Part shown: positions 35,930 through 46,791 of the stretch, one piece after another
Layout: the number at the start of each line of letters is the position of its first letter
Numbering within the stretch: the stretch's first letter is position 1
Source of the DNA: Vicinamibacterales bacterium
GTDB lineage: Bacteria > Acidobacteriota > Vicinamibacteria > Vicinamibacterales > JAMQPK01
DNA length: 64,000 nt
Direction: 5' to 3'
Assembly (NCBI GenBank): GCA_963850295.1
Contig: CAWKKU010000006.1
Location: forward strand, 92,240 to 156,239
The notes under the pieces: generated by a model
Told to the model about the DNA's origin: nothing
Database searches by the model: none
What the model saw: only the letters and a program-made list of their open reading frames with translations
Program-made: the position numbers and the translations under genes

Positions 35930-37434
35930 TCAAGCCGATCCTCCAGGCGTTGGCGGTAATGTCGGTGGCGGTGGGCGCGGTGTTCGCGCAGACGCCAACG
36001 CAGCAGGGGGCGCCGGCACCAGCCCCTTCAGCTCCCGCACCGGCCCGCGGACGTCAGGGTCCACCGCCGCTCGGGCCGAACGGCACGCGCGATCCGTTCC
36101 CCAATCCGATTCCGGCCGAGGAAGGTGCCATCAAGGTCAACTTCGTCGAGTTCGCGACGCTGCCGGACGTGGGCGTCAATACCGCCCGGCCGATGTTGAT
36201 GAGCTACGAGCCTGGGACCCGGCGGATGTTCGTCAACGACATGCACGGCGCGCTCTACACCGTGAGCAGCGATGGAAAGACGGTGACGCCGTATTTGGAT
36301 CACCAGGACCCCAGATGGAACCTTCAGGTGCAATTCCAGAACTTCGAACGGGGGTTCCAGAGCTTCGCGTTTCATCCCGACTTCAATCGCCGGGGCGCGC
36401 CCGGTTACGGAAAGATCTACACCTACACCGATACGAGCAACGTCACGCCGACGCCAGACTGGACACCGCCACCCGGCGCGAAGGTCGCGCACCATGCAGT
36501 GCTTCTCGAATGGACGGCGAAAAATCCCGCCGCGGCCACCTATGATGGCGTTGCGCCGCGCGAGCTCATGCGGTGGCATCGTCCGTTCGTGAATCACAAC
36601 GGCGGGCAGCTCGGCTTCAACCCGACCGCGCAACGGGGAAGCGCCGACTACGGTCTGCTGTATGCCGGCAACGCCGACGGCGGCAGCGGCGGCGATCCGA
36701 TGAACGTCGCGCAAAACCTCGGCTCCACCTTCGGCAAGATCCTTCGCATCGACCCGCTCGGCAAGAACAGCGCGAACGGCAAGTACGGCATTCCGAAAGA
36801 CAACCCGTTCGTCAGCGATGGCGATCCGAACACGCTTGGGGAGATTTACGCCTACGGCGCGCGAAACCCGCAGCGTTTCACCTGGGATAGCAAAACCCGC
36901 ACGTTCTACATGGGCGACATCGGCCAGGGCATCGTCGAAGAAGTGACGACCGTGCCGAAGGGAGCGAATCTCGGGTGGCGCGTGTGGGAAGGGAGCTACA
37001 GATTCGTGGCGGGCCAGGAAGTGAGCCTCGATACACCGCGCAGCGACCCGACGGTGACGTATCCCGTCGTCGAGTTCGCGCAGCTCGACCCGCTGCTGAT
37101 GAATAGTTCCGCCGTCACGCTGGGATACGTCTATCGGCACAACCGGCTGAAGCCGCTGTCAAACCTGCTGCTCTTCGGCGACAACCCGTCAGGGGAGATC
37201 TTCTACGTGCACGCCGACAAGCTTCCTGCCAACGGCGGCCAGGACGCGATCCGCCGCATCGTGTTCACCGACAAGGGGCAGACAAAAAAGCTGCTGGATC
37301 TCGTGCAGGAGAAGAATGTCGCGCAAGGGAAGAAGCCATCGGCGCGCGCCGACCTCCGATTCGGCGAAGGCCCGGACGGCCGCCTCTTCATCCTCAACAA
37401 ATGGGACGGCGTCATCCGCGAGCTCGTGCCCTAG
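35926..37434 (+). CDS. PQQ-dependent sugar dehydrogenase (sorbosone/glucose dehydrogenase family), secreted
   Basis: GTG 35926 overlaps the ABM stop. Signal peptide. HNGGQLGFNP, GARNPQRFTWD and GANLGW. Confidence 0.8.
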   Translation: MIKPILQALAVMSVAVGAVFAQTPTQQGAPAPAPSAPAPARGRQGPPPLGPNGTRDPFPNPIPAEEGAIKVNFVEFATLPDVGVNTARPMLMSYEPGTRRMFVNDMHGALYTVSSDGKTVTPYLDHQDPRWNLQVQFQNFERGFQSFAFHPDFNRRGAPGYGKIYTYTDTSNVTPTPDWTPPPGAKVAHHAVLLEWTAKNPAAATYDGVAPRELMRWHRPFVNHNGGQLGFNPTAQRGSADYGLLYAGNADGGSGGDPMNVAQNLGSTFGKILRIDPLGKNSANGKYGIPKDNPFVSDGDPNTLGEIYAYGARNPQRFTWDSKTRTFYMGDIGQGIVEEVTTVPKGANLGWRVWEGSYRFVAGQEVSLDTPRSDPTVTYPVVEFAQLDPLLMNSSAVTLGYVYRHNRLKPLSNLLLFGDNPSGEIFYVHADKLPANGGQDAIRRIVFTDKGQTKKLLDLVQEKNVAQGKKPSARADLRFGEGPDGRLFILNKWDGVIRELVP

Positions 37435-37449
37435 CGGCCGCCTCGAGCC

Positions 37450-39712
37450 TTACCGGAACTGAACCGCGCTGAGGATATTCGAGAAATCATCACGCCAGAC
37501 TGGTGTCGATTCCGGGACGTTGATCGGCTTCCAGCGCGAATCGGCACCGATGGAGCCAAGGTGATCGTTGTCGTTCGCCATCGCCACCCATATGGATGGC
37601 GCCCGGCTTGGTCCCCAGTCGGGCGCACGCGGGTCGGCATTGACGAGAGCGATGAGCTGGTGTTCCTTCGCCAGCCGGCCGACGATCGGAGCAAGATTCA
37701 GATGGCGATTCGAAATGTGAAACAGAATCACACCGCCCGGCTTCAGACTTCTCCGATACAAGCTCAATGCTTCGCTCGTGAGAAGGTGCATCGGAATCGA
37801 ATCGGAGCTGAATGCATCGAGCACGAGAAGGTCGGTACTGATTTCCGGCAACGCGCTCGAGCGATAGCCGTCCATCACCGATGACGATGCGGCACCGTTC
37901 GCCGCAGCGCTCCATGTAGCTGAAATATCTCGCGTTCCGGGCGATACGCTCGACCGCCTCATCGATTTCGTAGAATGTCCAGCGTTGTCCGGGCTGGGCG
38001 TAAGCGGCCAGGGAGCCGACGCCGAGACCGATCACGGCGACCTCTCGAGGAGCGCGAACCTGCGACAATCCCGCAAACGCCTGACCGAACGGGCCGGCGC
38101 GATGGTAATAGGTGAGCGGCTCCCCGCGTTCGGGGCCTTTGAGAGCTTGCATCCCGTGCAGCGTCGTGCCATGCGAGAGAACGCGGTATTCGCCGTCCTT
38201 GTCGTCCTGGAGGCGATAGATGCCGAAGAATGTCCGTTCCGCGTACAGAGCCTGCCCCGCACCCAGCACGAGGCCGCCGAATGTCAGCGCGGCGATGCTC
38301 ATCGCGAAACGTAAAGGACGGCGCCGCGCTCCGAAGGCCACGAGAGCAGGGACGGCGGCTATGGCGTGCGCCATCGTCATTTGAGCCGGGGCGATCTGAG
38401 CTCCCGCCACAGTCAACACCCCGACGCCGATCGGCACGACGAAGTCGAGCGTCAACTCCCGGCGCGATGCCCGTGACATGGCCCCGGGCAGAACGACGCA
38501 TGCCGCCACCAGCACGAGCGGATATTCGAGGATCCAGGTGAACAGGAGGGGCGCTGCAAGCCCGTTGAACAATCCGCCCAGCATGCCCCCGAACGAGATC
38601 CACAGATAAAATTCGGTCAGGTGTGACGGTGCCGGGCGATCGTGCGCGAGCCGCGTGTGGCACAAGAGCGCGGCCGCGGTGAACGTGAGGGTGTGGAGCG
38701 GGATCATGATCGCCAGGTTGCTCGTCGCACGCAGGCTCAGCAGCATCGCAAGCGGAACGAGCAGCAGGGGAAACATCCTCTGTGCGACACCCTGCAGCAC
38801 ACTCGATTTCGCGCTGAACGCCGCGATGAAGGTGATCAGATACAGGCCCAGGGGGACGATCCACAACAGCGGGACGGCGCCAACATCCGTTGACAGATAC
38901 GTTGTCACCGCGAGCATGAGGCTGGACGGAATGAACGCAAGTCCTACCCACGATGCGCGCCGGCTCATCGTCAACCGGCCGGTGTCGGTGGGTGCGGTGT
39001 TGACCGCAGCTCCGGTCGCTCGCGTCTTGCTCAATCCTGCGCGCCATGCCAGGACGGCGCAGCTGATGAGGAGTAGCGCAAAAACAGTGTAGCCGGCCGT
39101 CCAGAAACGGCTTTGATCGCGCAACGAGAGAGATGGTTCAACGACAGTCGGATACGCAATCAGCGCAATGAAGCTGCCGATGTTGCTTGCGACATAGAGG
39201 AAATACGGATCGCGTGCCGACGGATGATTCGTGCGCGAGAACCAGTGCTGGAGGACCGACGCAGTCGTGGCGAGGGTGAGAAAGGGTAAGCCGATCGCAG
39301 CCGCGAGGAGCAAGAGCAGCCACGCGATCGGAGCATTTTCTGGCGGATGCGCGGAGTCGGGACGGATGAGAAACGGAAGTACAGAGAAGGGGAGCAACAC
39401 CAGCACGACGTGCGCAGCCACCTGCACGGGCGCGTTGAGCTTTTTCGTCGCGGCGTGCGCATAGGCGTAACCGACCAACAGCGCAATCTGGAAAAACACC
39501 ATGCAGGTGTTCCAGACCATCGGTGAGCCTCCCAGCAGCGGCAGCACCATCTTCGCAACCATCGGCTGGACGAGAAACAGGAGGAACGCGCTCACGAACA
39601 GCGTCGATGTGAAAACCGGGACGACCGCCGACGCGTGCGCACCTTCGTCGGCGAGCAACACCTGTTGGCGCACCTCGAGCGGACGATCGCTCACCAATTC
39701 GGCTGTATCCAT
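37450..39712 (-). CDS. fused polytopic-membrane / spermidine-synthase-like methyltransferase-fold protein, one frameshift
   Basis: ATG 39712. About 550 aa of TM helices, then EVAVIGLGVGSLAAY and DLLVLDAFSSDSIPMHLLT. Frame change near 37845. Confidence 0.7.
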
Positions 39713-39866
39713 ATATAAGGAGGCCAATCGGGCAGACGGGCCGGTGACCCGCAAAGTGCAAGCGCTATTCCGCCAAAATGGGGTTTTTCTGAGGAAAAAC
39801 ACCTCTTCGACGGGCGCTCCCGCGACGAAACTGTTAGTGGAATTACAATGCACGTGGCACACAACT

Positions 39867-40646
39867 ATGGATTACGCGTTGAAAGGTCAGACCGCCTTCG
39901 TCTCGGCCGGCGCCCATGGCATCGGTGAGGCGATTGCCGACTTGCTGTCCGGTGAAGGCGCCGTCGTGGTCGTCGCCGACCAGGACGAGGCGGCGCTGAA
40001 GGAGAAATCGGCGAAATGGAAGGGCACGATCGCCGCCAATCTTTCGACCGCCGAGGGCGTCGATCGTGCCGTCGCGCACGTGCTGCAGACGTTCGGCGGC
40101 GCGCCAGACATCCTCATCAACAACCTCGGCGTCGGCGATGCCACCCCCTTTACGCAGATTTCCGACGAGAGGTGGGCGCAATCGTTTCAGGTGAATCTGA
40201 TGGGCACCGTGCGGATCTGTCGCGCGATGCTCCCGAAAATGGCGGAGCGCGGGTCGGGTTCGGTCGTGAACACGGGATCCGATCTCGCCAAGCAGCCGGA
40301 GCCCGGGCTGATGGATTACGGCGCGTGCAAGGCCGGCTTGCTCTACATCACGAAGGCGCTTGCAAAGGAGTACACGCCGACGGTGCGGGTCAATACCGTC
40401 CTGCCCGGTCCAATCTGGTCCCGGATGTGGACCCGCGACGGCGGCATCGTCGATCAGTTGATGACGCACTACGGCCTCGACCGGGAGGCGTCGGTGAAGA
40501 AATTCCTCGAAGATCGCCAGCTGCCGATGGGCATTGGCCAGCCTGAAGACGTTGCCCATGCGGTGGTGTTTCTGGCGTCGCCGCTGGCGAAGTTCATCAC
40601 CGGCGCGAGCCTCGACATCGGGGGCACCATCCGCGGTCTCGTATAA
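39867..40646 (+). CDS. SDR family oxidoreductase
   Basis: 259 aa, intact. SAGAHGIGEA, NNLG and YGACKAG (YxxxK). Confidence 0.85.
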   Translation: MDYALKGQTAFVSAGAHGIGEAIADLLSGEGAVVVVADQDEAALKEKSAKWKGTIAANLSTAEGVDRAVAHVLQTFGGAPDILINNLGVGDATPFTQISDERWAQSFQVNLMGTVRICRAMLPKMAERGSGSVVNTGSDLAKQPEPGLMDYGACKAGLLYITKALAKEYTPTVRVNTVLPGPIWSRMWTRDGGIVDQLMTHYGLDREASVKKFLEDRQLPMGIGQPEDVAHAVVFLASPLAKFITGASLDIGGTIRGLV

Positions 40647-40653
40647 GCTGCGG

Positions 40654-40734
40654 GCCAGGCTAGCCAGTAGCCAGTAGCCGGTAGCCAATAGTCCTGTGGC
40701 TGGTAGCCGGGAGCCGGTAGCCGGTAATCCTGTG
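40654..40734. repeat. oligomer-repeat element, GGCTAC/CCAGTAGCC family (copy 2 of 3)
   Basis: gccaggctagccagtagccagtagccggtagccaatagtcctgtggctggtagccgggagccggtagccggtaatcctgtg ends at the RBS of the MBL gene. Confidence 0.8.
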
Positions 40735-40744
40735 AGGAGATCGT

Positions 40745-41757
40745 ATGAGGCATCTATCTCTCGCCGTGCTGCTCGAGTGCTGCCCTGTCCGCGCAATCGA
40801 GCAGACACTGTCGATTCCCATGTCGCGGCGGCGAAAACTCTCGCGGCGTCGAATCCGACCCGTCTCATCGACCTCTGCGAGCCTGCCTCGTTCAGCCGGG
40901 CGACGGGACCGGCGCGCCGCGGCGGTCAGCCGCCGGCCGCACCTCAGGGTCAACCGGCGCGGGGTGCGCAGGCGACACCCGATCGTTCACAGTGGGCGCG
41001 CGAACCGCTCAAGGTGTTCGACAACCTCTTTTACGTCGGCGAGCGCGAATACTCCGCGTGGGCTGTCACCACATCGGCGGGCATCATCATCATCGACCCG
41101 ATCTATGACTACTCGGTTGAAGAACAGGTCGTGGGCGGGCTGAAGAAACTTGGACTGGATCCCGCGCAAATCAAATACGTCGTCGTCAGCCACGCGCACC
41201 GTGATCACGCAGGCGGCGCCTGGTACCTGCAGGAGCGTTTCGGCGCTCGTGTACTCCTGACCGCGCCCGATTGGGAGATGCTCGAGCGCAATACTCAGAA
41301 CTGGCCGAAGCCCAAGCGCGACATGGTCGTCGCAGACGGCCAGCAGTTGACGCTCGGCGACACGACACTCACCTTCGTCCACACGTTCGGTCACACGCCA
41401 GGCACGATGTCTACGCTGGTTCCGGTAAAGGACGGCGGGAAACCCCACATCGCAGCGCTCTGGGGAGGAACGGGATTCAATTTCACGATAACGCCGGAGC
41501 GGCCAGCGTCGTACTGGTTCGACGCCTACATCAATTCCGCGCAGCGCTTCCGCGCTGCCGCCGCAAAAGCCGGCGCGGATGTGTTTCTATCGAATCATCC
41601 GAGCTGGGACGATTCGAACGACAAGATGGCGAGACTCGCGAAGCGCCAGGCCGGCGAGCCGCATCCATACGTGATCGGCGCGAAGACGCTGCAGAACCAC
41701 TTCACGATCGCGGAGCATTGCGCCAGAGCGGGGAAAATCGCCTCGAGTACCCGGTAG
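40745..41757 (+). CDS. MBL-fold metallo-hydrolase, secreted, frameshift(s) in the leader
   Basis: ATG 40745 follows GAGGAG (MRHLSLAVLL...). One or two frame changes near 40775 join ORF 40696-41757. HAHRDHAGG and FGHTPGT. Collinear with 12653-13672. Confidence 0.75.
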
Positions 41758-43945
41758 CTAGACGCCACATCGCGCTCTCCAGATCTTTTCCGGCGTGAGC
41801 GGCAGCTCGCGCAGCTTGACGCCTGCCGCCTGGTTGATCGCCGCGCCGACCGCCGCGGCCACTGCGAGCGTTCCGCCTTCACCGGCGCCCTTCGCGCCAT
41901 ACGGTCCGGGGCCATCCGCGTTTTCGATCAGCGTGGACTCGAGATGGAGCGGCCCATCCTTGATGGACGGAATCCGGTAGTCAAGCGATCCCAGGTTGAG
42001 GATGCGGCCATCTTCGCCGAGCACGAGCTGTTCCATGAGCGTGTGGCCGAGCCCCATGACCGCGGCGCCTTCGTCCTGCGCTTCTACCTGCTGCGGGTTC
42101 AATGCCTTTCCGACGTCGCTCACGAGCGAGAGTTTCTGCACCGTGACTTCGCCGGTCTCGGGATCGACTTCAACTTCGCAGGCGGCGCACATCAGCTCCC
42201 AGAACGCCGCGCGGCCGCCGAGCGGATGCCCGGGCTCGTAGGCGTTGCCCGCTTCGCCGACGCCGATGATCTCACCCCGAGGAGGGCCGAAATACGCTTT
42301 GAGCAGCTCGACGTCCGACATGTTCTCGGCGCCGGGAATTCCCGACGCCGCCGCGCGGAGCTGCCGTTTGACGTTGTGGCACGCCTCGATCACCGCGTTG
42401 CCCATGAATACGGTCGATCGGCTGGCCGACGTCGATGAGTCGTACGGGACGACCGACGTGTCGCCCATGACGATGGCGATGCGATCGGGAGCGATGCCGA
42501 GCTCCTGCGCGGCGATCTGCAGCAGCACCGTGCGCGCTCCCTGCCCCATATCCGACGTGCCGCAGAGAACGGACGCGCTGCCGTCGAAATGGAGCCGGAC
42601 GATCGCCGTGGATCGCGATGCGGTCGAGGAGCTCTTGAGCCCGAGCGAAATACCGCGGCCGCGATTCGGCGGAAGCGGCGCCGTCCAACCGATGGCCGCG
42701 GCCGCCTTCGACAGGGCGGTATTCCAGTCGCCGTCGGCGGGCGTGTCGTCCGGACGGAAGGCTTCACCTTTCGCCGGAAGATTGCGCCGCCGAATTTCGA
42801 CAGGGTCGATGCCGAGCTTCTCGGCCGCTTCGTTCAACTGTGATTCAACGGCCCACGAAGCCTGCGGCGTGCCGAAGCCGCGAAAGGCAGTGCTTGGCGT
42901 GGTGTGCGAGAGCAGCGCGCGCGCCGACAATCCGCGCGCTCGGCACGCGATACGGGCCGCATGCCGAATAGCTCGCCTTGCTCACGACGCGGCCGCCGAT
43001 ATCGGCGTACGCGCCGAGGAGAAAGTCCGCCTGCAGGTCTTGAAAGACGATGCGGCCGCCGGTTGAAAATCCAGTGCGTGCCTTGATGCGCGCGGACGCG
43101 CGCCGCGATGCTTGAAACGACTCCTCGAGCGTCAGCACGAGACGGACGGGGCGTCCCAGCTTCAGGGCAAGCCACGCCATCAGCGGTTCCACCTTCGGCC
43201 ACCCTTTGCCGCCGAAGCCGCCGCCAGGATCGGGCGCCACGATCCGCACTCGCGCGATCGGCAGATTCAACGCCGCCGCGACGACGCGTTGAAGGACGTA
43301 AGGATGCTGCGTCGGAGTCCAGACCACGACGCCATTCGAGTCGGGAGCCGCAAGGAACGCGTGCGGCTCGATCGCGAAGTGCGTCACCATCGGAAACGCG
43401 TAGTCGCTCTCGATGACGAGATCCGCGGCGGCTATCGTCAATCGATCCCCAGTCGAACTCCCAGCGTTGGAGCGTGTTGGTATTCGCCAGCGGATCGTTG
43501 CCGCGCAACGATGGGTCCTGCACCAGAGGCGACGCTGGGTCCAACGCGGCTTCGACCGACAGGACGGCCGGCAGCTGCTCGAAGTCGATCCGCACGAGCA
43601 ACGCGGCACGTTCGGCCGCATCTTTGGTGTCGGCCACGATCGCCGCCACCGGCTCGCCGGAAAACTTCGTTTCTCCGGTTGCCAGCATCGGGCGGTCGGT
43701 TGAAACCGGTCCGTAACGCGGAACGGGTTGAGGGAGATCGGCTGCCGTGAAGATACCCCGCACGCCCGGCACGCGGGCTGCCTCATCCGTATGAACGGCG
43801 TCGATCCGGGCGTGCGCGCACAGAAGGGACACGAGCTTGACGTGCAGCGCGTTGTCCACCCGGATGTCCGCCGTGTATTGCTGCGCCCCGGTGACGCGTT
43901 CGATGCCGCCGAGCCGCGGGAGTGAGGAGCCGATGATTGGCGTAG
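41758..43945 (-). CDS. xanthine dehydrogenase/aldehyde oxidase family molybdopterin-binding large subunit, two frameshifts
   Basis: N-terminal IIGSSLPRLGGIERVTGAQQYTAD, then FAIEPH, GGGFGGK, AFRGFGTPQ and GAKGAGEGG. Frame changes near 43432 and 42930. No ATG/GTG/TTG lies upstream of IIGSS in frame, so the start is uncertain (CTG about 43945 after GAAGGAG). Confidence 0.8.
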
Positions 43946-43984
43946 TTCCTTTCAGAAAGTCTCCTTCAGTTCCACAAAATACGA

Positions 43985-44060
43985 ACAGGAGGTCAGGAGA
44001 TTAAGAGGCCTCGGCGTCTCGGCGTCGAAAGAACAGTCTCCTATTCTCCCGTTCTCCTGT
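43985..44060. repeat. hairpin-like element of GGAGA/CTCCT-type units
   Basis: acaggaggtcaggagattaagagg (43985-44008) and tctcctattctcccgttctcctgt (44037-44060) are partially complementary arms. The element overlaps the 3' tail of the 2Fe-2S gene. Confidence 0.6.
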
Positions 44061-44537
44061 TTGCATTATCCAGTTTGCATTTTCCCGTTCAGCTGCCAGC
44101 GCGACCGCGGCGATGATGCGGCTATAGCCTGCGCAGCGGCACAAGTTGCCCGCGAGGCCGTCCTTGATTTCCTCTTCGCTCGGGTCGGGATTTATCGAGA
44201 GGAGATATCGTGCTGCGACGATCATCCCGGGAATGCAGAACCCGCACTGCACCGCGCCAGTGTCGACAAACGCCTGCTGGAGGGGATCCAGCGTCCCGTG
44301 GCTGGCGAGCCCTTCGATCGTCGTAACGGCTTCGCCATCGCACTCCACCGCAAGCACAAGGCACGAATTGACCGCACGGCCGTTCAGGAGAACGGTGCAG
44401 GCGCCGCATTCGCCTTCGGTGCAGCACTCTTTCGTCCCGGTAAGCGTCAGCTGATCTCGGATGACGTCGAGCAGGCTGTGATGTGGCGCGACATCAATTC
44501 GATGCTGCGCGCCGTTGACGGTAAGCCGGACTTTCAT
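44001..44537 (-). CDS. (2Fe-2S)-binding small subunit (CoxS-like)
   Basis: ATG 44537 overlaps the FAD-subunit stop (ATGA). Cys clusters CTEGECGACTV, CGFCIPG and CRCAGY. The last about 25 aa read through a repeat element, so the true stop may be earlier. Confidence 0.85.
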   Translation of the reverse strand: MKVRLTVNGAQHRIDVAPHHSLLDVIRDQLTLTGTKECCTEGECGACTVLLNGRAVNSCLVLAVECDGEAVTTIEGLASHGTLDPLQQAFVDTGAVQCGFCIPGMIVAARYLLSINPDPSEEEIKDGLAGNLCRCAGYSRIIAAVALAAERENANWIMQTGERENRRLFFRRRDAEAS

Positions 44538-45351
44538 CGCCCCATTCGCGCGGTCGCTCTTTTCAACGCGCGGCGCGCGAGGATCGGCAGCATGGCCATG
44601 CGATAGTCGGCGCCGCCGCGAAGGTCCGATCTCGGGGTGGCGCGGCTCACGATGTCTTCGACTCGACGTGTCGCGGCGGCACTCGACCAGGATCGGCCGC
44701 GGGCCCACGGCGCCGAACGCAAATCTCGCCGTTCCAGATTCCCGCACCACGCAGCACAGATTGACGATGGCCAGGTCCACGCCGTGACGGCGGGTGAGGC
44801 GCTCGAACGCGCCCGCTGTTGGTTCGGCCGGCAGCGGCAGATCCACCGACACCACGACTTCGCCTTGCCGGAGAGCCGTGCGGCCAGGACCGGTGAAGAA
44901 ATCGTCCAGCGGCAACGAGCGCGAGCCGTCTCTGCCAATCACATTCACGACGGCGCCGTACGCCAGCAGTGCCGGAGCGGTGTCTGCCGCCGGTGACGCA
45001 TTGCACAAGTTCCCGGCAAGCGTCGCGCGGTTGCGGATCTGAACCGATCCCACGACGAGCGCGGCTTCGACGAGAGCGGGGAAGTGCTGTCTGATCGACG
45101 CGTCATCGACGATGTCCGTGATGACGGCGCGCGCGCCGATGCGGATCGTGTCGTCGATGCGCGTCACGTCCGCGCGCAGTGCAGCCACGCGCTTGAGGTC
45201 GATCGACGACGAGGCGATCGTCGATCCCTTTGCGCGCACGCACCATCAGATCGGTTCCGCCCGCAAGCAGCCGGGCATGCGGGGCGTGAGCGCTCAGCAG
45301 CGCCAGCAGCTCGTCGAGCGATTCGGGGCGGAAATATTCGAACGGTTTCAC
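44534..45351 (-). CDS. FAD-binding medium subunit (CoxM-like), two frameshifts
   Basis: GTG 45351 overlaps the upstream stop (GTGA). LLAGGTDLMV, IRNRATLAGNLCNASPAAD and SDLRGGADYRMAMLPILARRAL. Frame changes near 45215 and 44685. Confidence 0.8.
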
Positions 45352-45894
45352 AGGGCGGCCAGGCGGTGCGTCGCGTCGCGCCACAGCGGCTGTGCCAGCT
45401 CTTTCGCCGACGGCACGCCGATGCGCTCGTACATCGCGTCGATCTTCGCGATGATATCGTCCTTCGAATATTTGCCGCTTGTGCACGAATCCAATCATGA
45501 GGTCGACGTTCGTTTCGAGAAAGCTCAGGCTGTCGGCGGCCTGAACGAGGTCGGCGTCAGGCCAGCCGCCCCATTCGTGAACGCGAATCAGCGCCGCCAC
45601 GTCGGCGACGAGCTCCGGCGTGGCTCCGTTGGCGGCCAGCCACTCTCCGACGATGCGCGCGCTCCGATCGGAATGGGCCTTTTCGTAGGCGCGATCGTTC
45701 ATCACGATGGGAATGGCGTCAGGTCCGCCAAAGGCGCGCTCCATGTCGTGCGTGAGCGTCGCAAGACGCACAGCGTCCGATGCGCCCGGCGCTATCCGAT
45801 CGAGCCATTCGAGCGATTTGACGAGATGGGTCCGGTTGTACGGGTAGTTCTCTTCCACCCACAGGCGGGCCCGGTCGATGAGCGGCGGTGTCAT
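45348..45894 (-). CDS. HD-motif-containing hypothetical protein, one frameshift
   Basis: ATG 45894 lies 2 nt after the upstream TAA. LATLTHDMERAF contains an HD dyad. Frame change near 45465 restores ..KYSKDDIIAKIDAMYERIG..HRLAAL. Confidence 0.5.
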
Positions 45895-45896
45895 GT

Positions 45897-46791
45897 TTAC
45901 GGGTGGGCCAGCGTTGTGATCGGCCGGCTCTGCACCAGCAGCACCTTGTTGCCGCGGATGCACCATTCGATATCCTGAGGCGAGCCAAAGAACTGCTCGA
46001 GCCGTAATCCCAGCGTGCGCAGGTCTTCCAATTCGTTCGGCGTCAACACGGGCGCGGCGTCGCCGCCCGGAATGTACTGATCCTCGATCGAGCCGTCTTC
46101 GCGCGACACGACATAGTGGTCGGGCGTAATTTCTCCCGAGACGATCGCCTCGCCGAGCCCCGCCGCGCCTTCGATGATCATGTATTCGTATCGACCGCGG
46201 ATCGGATCGACGGTGAACATGACACCGCTCTTGTCGGCCTGCACCATTTCCTGCACCACTACAGCCATTCGTGTGTCGCTGAGCACGCCTTTCCGGGCGC
46301 GATAGAACAGGGCGCGCGGCGAAAAGAAGGACGCCCAGCATTCCTGCACGTGACGAAGCACATCCTCGATGCCGTGCACGTTCAGGTAGGTCTCCTGCTG
46401 ACCGGCGAAGCTGGCTGCCGCGCCGTCCTCGGACACCGCGCTCGACCGGACCGCGACGAGGCCGCCGCCGGCGAGGCGCGCGTACGCGGCGCCGATTTGA
46501 TCGATCAGCTGCCGGCGGAAGAGGCGCCGAGACGATACGGTCTTGTATCGCGCTCGCCGCGCGATCCATCGCACCGGAGTCCTCCACGTCGAGGCCTGCC
46601 GTGATCTCCTGAATCACACCGAGCGCGCCGCACGATTGGAGAAACCCGTGAAATGCGTCGGCGCCGATGACAAAGCCAGGAGGCACGGGAAGACCAGCCG
46701 CGGCGAGGCGGCTGAGGCTGGCGCCTTTTCCGCCGGCGACAGCCGTCGATTGTGCAGGCGCCTCGTCGAAGAAGAGAATCGCGTCAGCCAA
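45897..46791 (-). CDS. PEP synthase/PPDK N-terminal (ATP-grasp, PPDK_N) domain protein, one frameshift
   Basis: TTG 46791 overlaps the upstream stop. VAGGKGASLSRLAAAGLPVPPGFVI, VAVRSSAVSEDGAAASFAGQQETYLNV and DIEWCI. Frame change near 46513. Confidence 0.75.

Noticed and set aside
44001-45239. 412-aa ORF that looks like a fused FAD-binding plus 2Fe-2S protein
   Set aside because: It is a chimera created by a frameshift. The FAD-subunit C-terminus (SDLRGGADYRMAMLPILARRAL) continues in another frame to a stop at 44534-44536, which overlaps the ATG of the 2Fe-2S gene (ATGA).
45103-46791. 562-aa ORF suggesting one multidomain protein
   Set aside because: It concatenates parts of three separate genes (PPDK_N, HD-like, FAD subunit) through out-of-frame Arg-rich stretches. 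The correct frames show stop/start junctions at 45897/45894 and 45351/45348.
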